Assembly (NCBI RefSeq): GCF_006345805.1
Contig: NC_043006.1
Span: 27,652,001-27,716,000, forward strand
Source: Octopus sinensis
Taxonomy: Eukaryota
Direction: 5' to 3'
DNA: 64,000 nt
The notes under the pieces are model-generated. The model searched no databases. It worked only from the letters and a program-made list of their open reading frames with translations, and was not told the DNA's origin. Positions 50,371 through 64,000 of this stretch are shown in pieces. Positions within the stretch are counted from its first letter, which is position 1. Each line of letters opens with the position of its first letter. The position numbers and the translations under genes were made by a program.

Positions 50371-53063
50371 CTAAACTTTAAAAAAAGAAAAAAAACACCC
50401 GCTTTTTAATTAGTTAAAAAAAATTATAAATAATAAATTACTTAATTTAAAGACAAAAATTCTTAATTGCAGCACTAGATGTTAATCAAAGAGAAGAAAG
50501 AGATGTTAAACATATATTCCTTAGTAAAGTATTTTAACATTTTAAAATATAAATTTAGAATAACTAGAATTTTCAGAATTATCTTTGTATAATTTTATTG
50601 TTTCTAAATGAAAGAAAGATGGGATGAGATTGAACAGCTTATAGCAAGCAATTCAGCTGAGCTGAGTTGCAAGTTCTTACAATTATATTTGAAATATTGA
50701 TTTCTTAACAAAGCTCTAGGTCAAATTTCTTTATAAAGAAGGTTGTATAATTAATTGAACCAACTTCAATATATCATAAGTAATGGTTCTATCCAGATGT
50801 ATTTGCATTCAGAAAAAACAAATATTCTAGAATATGTAAAGCATTTAGTCTGGTGCTGCAATATTTATGCCTATTCCATCTTCCTTTATAAGAAATATGA
50901 GGCTGATTTGGAAATGAACAAAACAGTTATACACAAGAAATATTGGTCTTCATAAGATACTAATTAAAACAATATTTTTGTACATGTTACTCATGAAGAG
51001 AAAACAAAATGATGAAAATGAAATGTAAAGATAAATGTTGTGAGATGAGAAGACGAAAAATCAACACTGCTATTGTTAATATAAGATACTATTTTCAAAT
51101 GACAGCGAAGAGCAACAGTTTTTTCAAACAGACTTCTACTTCTCACAAAAAATCTCTAAATCCAATCCAGTTGGAAACTAAACTACTTATAAGAAATCAC
51201 AGTTGCCTCTTGAGAGCTGAGACCTAATCTAAATCAAAATGTTATTAAACCTTTTCATACCAACCTACCTGAAACTGTTCTCTAGTTTTATGGTACAACC
51301 TCCATGTTTTAAAGTGATCTTAACTAAAACTTTTCTTCAAAATTTCATGTCACTTTATATTCCAAACACCAGCAGAATAATGACAATTATTTTACTGAAT
51401 TTTTCAATGTTTTCAAAACTAACTGAAACAAGTAATTGTATGTCAACAAAAATAAGGTAACAAAAGGTTAATCTAATTGAGCAGCAGCCAAAATAATTAT
51501 GTAACATATGCATACACCCTTCACTGACCCTCACTTAAAACAAAAACAGAAAACATTCAGTCCACTATTTGCATATTTTGTTATTCTGTCACTAGTTTTG
51601 GTCACTGGACTGTGGTTATGCTGAAGCAAGGCTTCTAATATATAATTGATTCTACTGATCCCAGTTTTAATCAACTGGTATATATTTTATCAACTTTGGA
51701 AGGTTGAGAGGCAACATAAACTCGGGAAACATTTGAACTCTGAACATTAAAGAACATAACCAAATACCTTAAGACATATTATCTAATGTTCTACAGTTAT
51801 GTGATCTCTTTGCCATATCCAAGGTTTGACAATCTATACAGCAATTTTACAGAATATGTTTATGAGATGATTTTAAATATTAATGTTTACATCAAAAACA
51901 GGAACATCATCCTCATCATCATTATCATCATCCTCTTCTAATATTCACTTTCCATGCTAGCAAACATTGAATAAATCATCATGGTCCAAGTTAGTTTTTA
52001 TTCAGAATTACTGCCTTATAGATAAGTTGGAGGAGTACATCTTGCTCACATATTCCATTTTTGGCATAGTTTCTATAACTGAATATCTTTTTTATTACCA
52101 ATCACTTTACAAAGTGTACTGGGTGTATTTTATCATGGCACCAACACTAGAGAGGTAGTCATGCACTTTACAAGGCTAGAGAGTCCTCTTGACTCTAAAC
52201 TATCTTTGTTCCCCATCCACTTTACAGAGAATACAGGATACATTTTGTGGTACAAACTCTAGCAGTCACCTTGTCCCCTGCAAGACTAAGAAATTTTCCT
52301 TACTTTATGATGTCTTCATTTTTTCAAGGTAAAAGTGACTGAGAATGTGAATAAAAGAGAGTGGCAACCAAGATAGTCAAAAAGAAAGATTGAATGTAAT
52401 GGAATAAACAGAGTGAGAGGATGGTAGAGGAAAGAGTGATAGAAAAGAGAGACAATGATATCAGATGTTGGTTATTGGTAAGGAGATTGAATAGAAAACA
52501 GTATGAGCTGCAAGATGAGATAGTAATAAAGATAGTTTCTTGCAAGAGAGAGAGAGAGATGGGGAGGATAGCCAAAGACATACAGGTATTGTGAATGGTA
52601 ACTGTCAATGAGGCATCACATGGAATAGAGAAATGACTTTTCTGTGGTTTTTTAACAAGGCTCTATAACAATTTTAAGTTAATATACCCTTAATAATTAT
52701 TATAATCTATTATAATCAATTTACACATTCCCGATACATTTTATATAAACTAATCTTATTAACTCCAAGGACGATGAAAAGTCATCTATGGTACACTTTC
52801 AACACAAAAATTTAAGACATCAAAGTATCATAAAAGAATCTAGTCCAGCTCTCTGATCACTGCAAAATCTAACCTGCCCTAAAATCCAGGGAAATGGCAA
52901 ATAGAAATAAATATTTGATATGGTTCAAGTACAACCCGGGTACTCTGCATAAAAGCATGTGCTACATAGGATTTAATAAATGTATCAAAGTAATGATGTT
53001 AACGTTGATATATAAAACAATAAGGCAAATATTCAAAATGTAATAAAATGTTCCATTTCTCAC

Positions 53064-53173
53064 CCTAATTTTAATGCCAGGCCAACTTGATAAAAAGTTT
53101 CATCCATCAGTAGCATAGTTGACTCCTCATTATTGCCAGAATCATGCAAATTCAGATTGTGATTGGATTCAGC
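53064..53173 (-). CDS. ATP6V0A1: V-ATPase V0 subunit a, alternative linker exon A (AESNHNLNLHDSGNNEESTMLLMDETFYQVGLALKL-G), candidate mutually exclusive exon
   Basis: Acceptor caattttactag, 110 nt open frame from phase 0 to phase 2, donor GG|gtgaga. Ends in LKLG, which joins FLAGV of the 18282 exon like the conserved LG-FVAGV junction of a subunits. Not in the ORF track. Confidence 0.82.
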
Positions 53174-54856
53174 CTAGTAAAATTGATATCTTAACTTTAA
53201 CATGTGTGGATAGATGTCCATTCCCTTGGTTTTACACGAGTGATTAGTAAGGAAATTACTGTTAGTGAAAGACTATATGTATAAAATCCCTACATGAGGA
53301 GTAATATAAAGGTGGGGAGAAGATGAGGAACAGTAAAAGAGATTTGAGTAGCTTTCAAAACTTCTTTCAATGTCATATCAATAGCCAGTATAGATACATT
53401 TGTCTTTACAGAAATATTTCAAACAAGTTTAATTAATTGCAAAACAAACTCTTTTTTCAATGGATATTGTAAAATATATAGATCAAATTATGTGACCATG
53501 ATTTGATGTGATTTTTTTTTAGGGTGTCATTTCTATTGTAGTCACTTACCTTTTGGCCTTATTAGACAACTATTCTTAGCTTATAACAGAGAAAACAGTT
53601 TAAAAAATAATGTTAGAAAATACCTAACAGTTGGCTCTGTCTTTACTTCTTTCCTTAACCAATAAGCAGGAAACTATTTTTATTTTTTATAAATTATAAT
53701 GATACCTCAATTCTTTTCATCATGACTTTCTGAATGAAAAGCAACCCTGTATGTAACCTTAAAAATAATATGAAACAGCACAGGACTAGTTTTTGTATGA
53801 GAGGAGATACAGATAACAGAATCAATATGAACATCACTTTTTACCATTTTTTATTGATAGGAGAATTTCAGGTAAACTCAACACTAGCATGAAGTGAACT
53901 TAAAGTAGACAGATATCAAATCTAGACTAGGATGAGACTAGAGGTGTGTGTGTGTGTGCGTGAATTTGTAAATGAGAAAAAGTCTTCATTTGTTTGAAGA
54001 ATCATAAATGTAAAACTAACAGTCATGATTCAAAAAGCTTCAGCTTATAATAATAATAATAATCATCATCATCATAATAATAGCAAAAAAAAAAAAGAGT
54101 GTCATTCTTTTTTTTTTTTTTTTGCTTCTGGAGGAGTTACCTCAATCCTATAAAATATTACCAAAAATGAAGTAGATTGACAAGTTTATTTTTTGAACCT
54201 GTGGAAGGCACACTAGATACTGAAATATTCACTTAATAACAATGACACTCTTCCTTTTTTTGCTTCTGTATACCTACTGGAAGAGTTACCTCAATCCTAT
54301 AAAATATTAATAATAATAATAATAATAATAATAATCCTTTCTACTATAAGCACAAGGCCTGAAATTTTGAGGAGAGGTATAGTCGATTACAACCCCGGTG
54401 TTTCACTGATACTTAATCTATCAACCCCAAAAGGATGAAAGGCAAAAATTAATCTCAGTAGCACTGAACTCAGAATGTAAAGAGCCATTAGACATGCTTT
54501 CATAATTCTGTTAGGTTCAGGCCAATGTTTTATTTATTTCCCCAGGATTCTGAAATGACTTTTGTTCAATTTTACCAAGAGTCAATAAAATAAAAAGTTA
54601 TACTCTAGATCAATTCAACTGGAAGAAAAACTGGGCAAGTGCTTCATCAAGAGATTGATAAATTTTGTGTATATATGTGATGAAACTAGTTAGATGTTTA
54701 GAGTGCTCGACATATAATTTTGATTACATTCATTAATATTAAATAAAGAAAAATGTTCAGTTAATAATTACAAGTTCGTCAACCATTTTAGACAAAGAGG
54801 AGAAGAGGTTATATAGTATTAATTCTACATGACAAAAACAATGGGCAAACCATTTA

Positions 54857-56074
54857 TCAGGTCGTCCCATAAGTTCTGTCCAAATTTTGAATAAAGAAAA
54901 CAAGTGATCAAATTGTTATGCGTAATTGAAATTCAATTATCAATGTACTTTCCCTGATTATCTATGACTTCCTTCCATCTATTTACAAGCTTTTTAATCC
55001 CATCAATGTAAAACTCTTTTGGTTTCAAAGCGAAGAACTCTGAAATGTCAGTTTCGACCTCCTCATGGCTTGCGAAAGTTATGTCCTCCAAATGATTCTG
55101 TAAACTACAAAACAAATGGTAGTCTGAAGGAGCAAGATTGGGAGAATAAGGTGGATGTGATCTTTGCAGTGTGGGGTCACACATTGTCCTGATGAAACAT
55201 CACTCCTTTCCAATTCACTAAAGCGGTTCTTTTTCTTCAAAGCTTGGTTCAAATGCTCTAATTACTGAGAGTAGACTTGAACATTGATTGCTACATTAGG
55301 TGGTAACAATTCAAAGTGAATTATTTCTTTGCAATCCCACCAGATAGAGAGAAGAACCTTTTTCCCATGAAGTTCCCTTCATGGTTGTGGTTGAGCTTTT
55401 TCCCTATTTTGATAGAAGACCCATTTTTTTATCACCAGTCACAAGTTTATCCAAAAAGGGTGAAATCAGTTTGCAAGAATGGAGAGAAGAGCAGATGTTA
55501 ACTCAAAATTTGCAGTTGCTTTCGGACAATTCATGAGGTACACATTTCCCAAGTTTAGGAACTTTTCCAAGTTATTGAAGATGACGATGAACAGTTGTAT
55601 GGTTTGAACTAAGCTTTACTGCCAATTTTTCAACTGATAATGCAGGATTTTCTTTAAGTAATGCCTCAAGGAGCTTATCATCAAACTAAACTAGACGTCC
55701 TGTTCGATCTTCATCTTCAAGGCTGAAATCTCCACTTCTGAATTTTTCAAACCATCTCCTGCAAGTTCTTTCATTCAAGCATTCTTTCCCATAAACTGAG
55801 TGTATGTTTCAAGTTGCTTCAGCTGCAGAGTTTCCTTTTTTGTACTCATAAAGTATTATGTGCTTTAAATGCTCTTTGGATACTTCCATGTTAGGAAGGG
55901 TTTTAATCAAAGAAATTTTAATTCTATTATTCTGTAAAATAATATTTAATTAGTTTAAATGTACACAAATGCATAAAAAATAATTTTAAATTCCATTAGA
56001 CAGTCTAAAATACTATTAATTTTCATTCAATTTTCATAAAGGTAAAATCAGATAGAACTTATGGGATGACCTGA
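54857..56074 (-). mobile_element. Full-length decayed mariner transposon
   Basis: TIRs tcaggtcgtcccataagttctgtc / gatagaacttatgggatgacctga with TA on both sides; transposase remnant HPPYSPNLAPSDYHLF..GIKKLVNRWKEVIDNQGKYI. Confidence 0.93.
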
Positions 56075-57589
56075 TACAATATCATTTATCAATAAATATT
56101 AGAATTCTCATAAGTGAATAATGTAAGCTTATGATATAACATGGTGGTGGTGTCAGATAGCTACCCAAATCTCCACAAACCATGCAGCAAAAACAAGCAC
56201 AGAATACAACATTTAATCTATATAATGCAATAGTAAATTTGAAAAATGTAGTTTGTGGTAGAATTTATACACACTCACAAAAACACAAAATTTTTACATT
56301 TATGAAAAAGGTAAAACATTTATTTAAAAACATGATAATTTGTTAAGTGACTGACAAAGAAAAGAAATGAAAACAAATGACTGGTGACTTATCAAATTTA
56401 CATGGAGAAGGTTTATTTTTGATTTCTGTAATAAATATTTGTGAAAATCAAAATCTGAGAACTTCAAGTAAATTGTAAAATATCTGAGCATGACAAACAT
56501 TATTGATGTAAATGAAGGTCATTTTACATTTATTTTAGTTAAATTTCCTACAGTTGAATATTGCTTGTACATATCTTTTATATACACCCACCCCCACATA
56601 CACACAATATGACACTACATAATCCATACAATCCTATTTCTTCTACCACTACTACAACAGTCTAAGATCTTTTGAAATTGCTTGCAGTACACCATATCCA
56701 TTTAAATCCATTTGTAACATCTATTTCTTTCATCAATTATCCCTATGTACCACACCTTCCAGGTCACACACTCCTCAATTCTTCTTCACTAGAATTACAC
56801 TCCTTTGAAATTTGAAATTTCTATTGAACAATGGTCTTCAACAATTCAAATCAAACATTAACCACATGAAGCATATCCAATTAACATTACTTAATTGCCC
56901 AAGATGAATAAAAAAATTAGTTCTGGTTTATCTTCTTTCCTACATTTTGAACAAAGTAGAGCTACATTAGATACCAAGGCAACTATACAGTCGACATATA
57001 AATCTGTATTTTCAATTTCAGAAATTAATAGAAATTTTACTACAGGGATTTTTTTTCTTCATTCATGATGCATAACTTTTCTGTGACTTTCTTAATAAAA
57101 ACAATAGTGGTAACTAGAAAATTAATATAATTGATTTATAATTTGAATTTTGGGGGCAGCAGTCATTTGTGTTTTATCTACTTCTGCTACAGTCATCTAT
57201 ATTAATATCACCTCAGCTACCGTCTTCAATGTTGATAAACACCTCTGCTACAGAATACTTTTCCTGTGGTCAGTTGTGATAAAATCTGCTCAGATACAGC
57301 CAGCTTTAGAACGGTCTGTTCTACTGTTTTGCTGTGATCAGTTTTGCAGTTAGATAATCTGCTCCAGCAAATGTATTTTCAACAATTTAAATTGCTTGAA
57401 TGGTATACGTAGTAAAAAGAGAATTTCAGAGAGGTACATCTGGCATGAAAGAGTTGGTCTAACAGTTTAAACATATCATGAGGGAGAGAGTAAAATATAT
57501 TGATAGAAAGATGAGTAAGTAGGTGTGGTAGCTGCTTCATGCAACTTAGATTTAGGTAGATGTCATATAGCCAGAAGGTAAAGAGAAAA

Positions 57590-58398
57590 AAAGAATATAG
57601 TAGTATTTGCAGGGGATATCATAGGCAACTAGACTGGTATTAAGTTCATCAACTCTGGAGGAATACTTGAGGCAGATGGAATTAAGCATGATGATATGAA
57701 AGAAAAGACAGTATTTGCAGGGATTGAGAAAAATATCAGATTTAAAGTTGAATACCAGAAACATAATTTTGGTAATAAACTTATGCAGTCACAGTGGTTT
57801 GTTATTGAGCTAGAATTCTGAAGTGGGGAGAAGTTGAACTAAAGGAGTTAGACAGGAAGACAAGAAAGTTCCTGACCAAGCATGGAGCCCATCATCCTTG
57901 TGTAGATATTCATGACCTATACATGAAGACAGCAAATGGAAGAAAGGGACTGATAAGTGAGAAAAACTGTGCATATTGAACATGGGGACAACACAAAATG
58001 AAGAAACCTTGTTAGTGGCAGTTAGAGACAAGGGTATATCGGAAACAGGAAAAAATAAACAACCACTGTAAGACCCCAGATTTTGCAATTCTCTATGATA
58101 GCAGAGCTGATATCAGAGAAATTGAAAAAATTAAGAAATACCAGGATCTAGCCAAAGAGCTGAGGAAACAGTGGAAGACCAAGACAATTATTCCTGTAGT
58201 AATTGGTGCACTTGGCACAACACCCAAAATGCTACCTAAAAGACTGAAAGAAACTGGAATGGAAATTTGCATTGTCAACCTGCAGAAAAGTACCATCCTA
58301 TATTCTGCAAGAATCCCAAGAAAGATTCTTGAGATTTGAGGAGACTCATTGTTGCCAAACTTTAAGATGAAAAACCTGCTAACTAAATTAACATGCAC
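57590..58398 (+). mobile_element. R4/Dong-like non-LTR retrotransposon 3' remnant with restriction-like endonuclease
   Basis: GILEADGIKHDDMKEK, ELDRKTRKFLTKHGAHHP..LYMKTANGRKGLIS, EIEKIKKYQDLAKELRKQW..IPVVIGALG..LQKSTILYSARIPRKIL; (AAT)n tail. Confidence 0.8.
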
Positions 58399-61300
58399 TA
58401 GTGAAATAATAATAAACCTTTACAATTGGCACCTTGGGCAAATGACTTCTACTATAGCTTCAGGCTGACCAATGCCTCGTGAGTGGATTTGGTAGAAGGA
58501 AACTGAAAGAAGCCCATCATTTATATTTTTATATATATTTATATTATATATATATTATATGTATATATATATTTGAGTGTATGTCTGTGTTTGTCCCCAT
58601 ACCATCACTTGACAACCAATGTTGGTGTGTTTACATCCCCATAACTTATCAGTTCAGCAATAGAGACTGACAAAATAAGTACCAGGCTTACAAAGAATAA
58701 GTCATGGGGTCAATTTGTTTGACTAAAGGCTGTGCTCCAGCATGGCCACAGTCAGATGACTGAAACAAGTAAAAGAATAAAAGAATCCTAAATTCGTATT
58801 TTCATTCAAATACACAACATCCACTCAGTATTAAGTAGGACACTCTCTCAGATAGAGAGACAAACAGAGAGACTGACTGACTATTTGTACATAATATTAT
58901 TTAACAAATAGGAGCTTCTAAATGATCACATACTATATCACTCACAGAGATCAGAACCCAACAAAAATTGAAAGATTGCCCATGATGCATCACAAATATT
59001 TATAGAAGACTAGACTTTGATAAAAAGGGGAATATACAAAGGAATTCTAAGAGATAAACTTTTGTATATCCCTACGTTTAAAAGAGAAGGGCAGTAAACA
59101 AAATTTTAATTCAATATCTTAGATTTCCCAATCAGATCAACAAATATATACAATATAGAAAAATTAAAGCATACATGCATACTGAATTCAGGGCAACTGT
59201 AATTAAATGTCCAGCTTAAAAAATACAACCAGTATTTACAATGGAATTACTCATAACTTGTAAGTCAACAGATGACTATCTTATTCACTTTAATAAGATA
59301 CTTTTGCCTTAGATACTATTTTGGACAATGTTATTAATTTAGTAAAAACTATTTTAAATTAGCATAATTAAAACTGAAAAATTACTTTTTTTTAAAAAAT
59401 TTTATTATATCTAGTTTCAGCTCACGAGCTGTGGCCATGCTGGGGCACCGCCATTTAGAAATTTTTTTAAAAAATAAAGTTGAGATGCAAAATATTGTTT
59501 TGTGTGATTAAACAGGATTGTGTTAATTTTCATTCATTGTTAAAAAAAACAATTAGATCTTAGTATTATATATTATATCATATACAGTTAAACTGTTACT
59601 TTGAAAGCAAAATATAATTAGATGGTATAAAGAAGACATTAGTAAGAGAAAACAATAAAGCATATTTGAAAAAGCTTTGAGATTTTTAAATTGTAATAAT
59701 ATTGAAAGCAACACTTTAATCAACATAAACATTTGTAAATTATCACGCATCAAAATGTTCAAACAATTTTTTTTTTTACTTACATCATTTTATTACTCAT
59801 TTAATAAGACTCAATTTTTGTTAACAAATCTCCAAAAAACATTCCAAAACATATTGGCATATTATTTTTGTACAAAACATGAATAAATGCATAAACTATT
59901 TTATTAATTAACTAATAAAAGAGAATACAAATGCTAAAAATCATTATCGTACACATTTTCCCTATAAAAGCCAAAACAGGTTCTTGCACCCACCTAGAAG
60001 GAAAAGGGTAATATCACACATTACCAAACTTCATCCTGATAAGATTACTGGAATTAAGTTACTGACTCCCAGAGCAAGAAAGAAAAAGCTGAATTTTAAA
60101 TAAGTAAGACATGAACTACTGAACAACCAGTTCTAAAGTTGCTGTTCAACATGTATCAGTTTTGGTGCTTTATTAACTTGGCACCACTGATTTCACAACT
60201 TAGAACCAATCTTCAAGTGAATTAAAAGTCAACATCCAGTGCTCCTTCACCACTCGTCAGGCTGTAAAGCAGGTTAGAAAAGCAAACTGAACAATAGTAA
60301 ACAGTGAAGTGGTTTACAGTTTCAGGAGGTCTGCAATGGTCAATATACGTCTCAAAAATATAATCTTATGCATATTTCTTGACTCATTACTTTTAAATTC
60401 AGAGATGAGATGCAGTCCACCTCACAAAGACTTTTTATTCTCTTCTCTTACCATTAATTTTCAAATCTATTTGTGTCACTGAAAATATTTATTTTCATGT
60501 AAACAATGAATATATTTTTACTTTCTAGCATGTTTATTGATTCTTAGTTTCATATTTTGTTTTTAACATAATATTCAAAACATCCTTCAATCATCACAAT
60601 AATGTGCACAATTTGTTATGCGTGCAGTATGAGCATTCATTACTATATATTGAATTATCAAACAGCAAACAAAGTAACCATTGATCTTTTCTAGGCTGAT
60701 GTGGGTTGTGAGAGTTTGCATAAAATCCCTTTATTTTTTTGTTATTTCTTTAATGAACCATAACACTCTAATATCTTATGTAATTACTTCACTTTAAAAG
60801 CTTCCAAGTCTTCTTCTTTACTAAGTTTTCTTTACTTACTCTTTACTAAGCTTGGACAAATTTCTCTCTCAAAAATGCATCTATACTCATGACATGTACA
60901 AATCTACAATTGTTTCTCAATTATAGTTAACATTTAACATACCAACTGTTTTAAATTTAATCTATATTTAAAACTAATGTTAGGTATTCAACATATTATA
61001 CATCACTAATCCCTCTCCTGTCAATATAAGTCTTCTATTTTCATAGATTAAAATTCTCTAAAATACAACATATTGTTAAACCAATCTATCCAGCCCCTAT
61101 TTACAGCACTTTTGTCATCTGATATGCATCATCCATGTACATTATATTTCCAAATACTATATAGTTGTTACTTTCAAGTATACTGATTACTTTTCTCAGT
61201 TTATTTGTACTCCATTGGTACTATACAGTCAATAATAACACTTAACTCATTCTCTTATTACTTTTGATACATACATCATAGAGTCTTTATTTCCTCTCAT

Positions 61301-62348
61301 ATCCTAGTAAAACTTTGTTGACAGGTTCTCACAGGAATAATTATGTATCCAATATAATGATAGTAGTCATAACTGGTTCAATTGTTAGTTTTGCCTTACC
61401 AATTAAAGTTAAAGAGTGAACACAGTGTATAGTGTCACAACTGCATTGTATTCACTCAAACTAGCTGCCACTTACAGGTACCATAGAGAAGCACAGCTTA
61501 TCACTTTAAGTAAAAAGTCTACTATGTAATGCCAATCTCCAGTTATTGTAAGGGTTATTGAAATCTATGCAATAGCTCTGTTGTCTTAGATGTAAATATT
61601 TAAATCTAGAGAATATAATTCCTGTAAGGAACTTATGATGATAGTGCCAAGTTAATATCATACTGTTTGACATATATCAATTCAATATGCTCATAGAACA
61701 TTTTATTGCAATTAGAATAACTATGTACTGGGAATTTAATTCCCATTTTCTGTTTGGTATGGCCAACATTGTTTTACTGAACATATTCAATATTTTTATT
61801 GAAACTTTAACCACAGATACATATTAGTTTATTAACCCAACTGAGAGAAACAGTAAGTTGTTTTAGTTTCCAGAATCATAACAGATAAAGATAAATTCAA
61901 TCAATAAAATTAATCTATTATCTGAAAAATAAACACATAAAAGAAGTTTTGGTAACATTATATTTACTCTTCATTGAAAACTTCATAGACAAGTATGCCT
62001 GTTCTCATCTGTGTTAGTGTATGTGGACACATCATCATAATCATCATTTAATATACATTTTCCATACGAGTAAAGGTTGGACAGTTCAAGAGAATCTAAT
62101 GAACAGGGGGAATGTGTCAATAGGTACAACTGTATTCAGAAGGGTCAGATTTTCTATCAAACATGCTATGCTAAAGATTTGACTGTACATGAGTTTTATG
62201 GGTGTGTGGTTAACAAGTTCACTTTGCAAGCATGTGGTTTTGGATTCAGTCCCACTTCCCAGCACCTCAGGTAAGTGTCTTTTTATATAGCTCCAGGTGA
62301 CCAATGCCTTGAGAGTGTACTTCTAGATGGAAACTGTGTAGAAGTCTG

Positions 62349-62389
<41 letters not shown>

Positions 62390-62939
62390 TATATATATAT
62401 ACACACACATATATATATATACATATATATGTAGATCGATAGATAGAAAGATAGATAGATAGGTAAAGATATACATAGGAGTGTTAAGTGTGTGTGTGTG
62501 CGTGCGTGCGTGCATGCATATATATTCCCAGTAATGAAAATGATTATGTTGAGGGAGCAAATACATCAAAGTTTTTATGTGTTGAAAAAGCTGAATTTTT
62601 TTATTCAAATGATGTACAAGAGATAGATCTGATTCGTAGGAATGTTGATTCTTCTAAAGAAAACTATGATTCAAACCAACTCAATAATGAGGTGGCAACA
62701 GAACCAGCTGAAGTTGTTGTCATTGCAGAAAAAATGATGGGATTATTTCCGGACAATAGAAACCATGGTCCAACAGAAGAAAATGTACTGCCTCAGTGAA
62801 ATAATACACCACCACCTTCTTTGGCTACTGGTACTGGCTTTCAGTCAACTAAGTGATGCTGAATTGATTCTCTAACAAAACCAAATCACCTTCAAGAAGG
62901 TGATTCAGAATACAATGAATCTTGGACTACCTCTGTTAA

Positions 62940-63156
62940 CCCTTTCATTGCCATATTTTGAGATGCTCTGTGTTTCTTTCAATTATTTTAAATATAACAA
63001 AGAATTTAGTAAAATGACTTAGTTATCATTCAGCTAGTGTTAGGAACATAAATTGTGACTAAGATCTAGTGGAAGATTTTAATTCAAAACTTATGAAAAC
63101 AAGATATTTGTACTACAGAGCCAGAGCTGGTTTCAGCCGGGTTAGTAATGAAAGGG
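62940..63156. mobile_element. piggyBac-type MITE, second family
   Basis: TIRs ccctttcatt / aatgaaaggg; flanks ttaa and tcaa. An older relative lies at about 2560-2775. Confidence 0.7.
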
Positions 63157-63355
63157 TCAAACATATACCAGCTTCTCTTAAATGTGGTCACCTGTTGTGG
63201 TCACAGGAAAACTCTGTGAATAAAGCCAAGAAGCAACTGGAAAGGGATGATATATAAATGTGATATATGTACATATATATATGTATAGAGTGTTTGAAGT
63301 GATGTGCAGATATTGTATATTAAGAAAAAGGAGGAAGTCAGAATTTTGGATAATT

Positions 63356-63398
63356 GTTTATTAGCGCTTTCATCCATTCAATAGGACTCTTCAGAAAC
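63356..63398 (-). ncRNA. Minimal hammerhead-like motif
   Basis: Minus strand gttt-CTGAAGA-gtcc(tattgaat)ggat-GAAA-gcgc-TA^ataaac; palindromic AGCGCT stem III; stem I imperfect. Confidence 0.6.
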
Positions 63399-64000
63399 GT
63401 ACATCTATATATGTATTCATGTCAACGAATGTATGCCGATCTTTCTTCTTTTTAAATTTCAATTCTTATCCTTTGACAGGTTTTATTTTCTATCTTTTAT
63501 TATTCTAATTTCTGTTATATGTAGCCAGACCCATCTGCAGGTTATAACCCCAGAATTATTCTCCTGTCTGTCAGAGCACCTACATACTATGAGAGAGTAC
63601 AACAAGCCTAGAGGAACTCAGTATACAATATCTGTTATACCAACCACCTGAGGAGACACAGACTGGACTGATTGATGCAACACAACTAGATGCACAATAT
63701 CCTACCCATAAGAAACAGCTGCATTATGGGTTGGAACAACAGTTGCATTGAATAAAGATTTGTATCAAATCCATTTTCTGTTTCCCTCATCGATTATAAA
63801 CCAAATAAACACTGCTGAATTCTTGATATAGATCCAGTAAAAATTATACTATAACTGTGGATGACATCAAGTAGCCCAAACGGTGAATGTGCTTCAATCA
63901 GCATACTAATAGACATATACCCAAAATCGAAATAATTATTATATATGTGTGTACACACGTCTACTATAGGTATATATGTTCTGTAAAGAGCCTGATTACA

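Noticed and set aside
59925-60010. Pyrimidine-rich acceptor at 59994 followed by VGARTCFGFYREN
   Set aside because: Only weak donors (gtgtac, gtattc) and no recognisable homology; cannot be supported without reads.
60240-60270. Minus-strand CTGACGA followed by a gtg/cac stem
   Set aside because: No GAAA after the stem, so not a hammerhead.
53200-64000. Search for the preceding conserved exon (..ELTELK.ILRKTQ.FF.E)
   Set aside because: Not found by eye; presumed to lie beyond the right edge.

Overview
AT-rich, repeat-dense animal genomic DNA. The SINE and RTE-tail families and the extreme (TA)n content look like an octopod cephalopod; this is inference from repeat recognition. The whole window lies inside one minus-strand gene for the V-type H+-ATPase V0 subunit a (ATP6V0A1-like), and both ends of the gene are outside the window. 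Nine exons with canonical AG/GT ends and compatible phases join into one 1110-nt (370-codon) frame. A tenth exon (53064-53173) has the same phases as the 37455-37540 exon, so the two look mutually exclusive for the variable cytosolic linker. The introns contain a nearly intact RTE-type LINE with a PHD finger inside its RT, many truncated RTE tails and Penelope-like (GIY-YIG) elements. Short Penelope-like terminal pieces carry at least six minimal hammerhead-ribozyme-like folds and almost all end at (TA)n runs. Mariner, Tc1, Tigger, hAT and piggyBac-type elements and tRNA-derived SINEs are also present. All alignments, translations and folds were done by eye, and repeat boundaries are approximate unless TIRs or TSDs are quoted.
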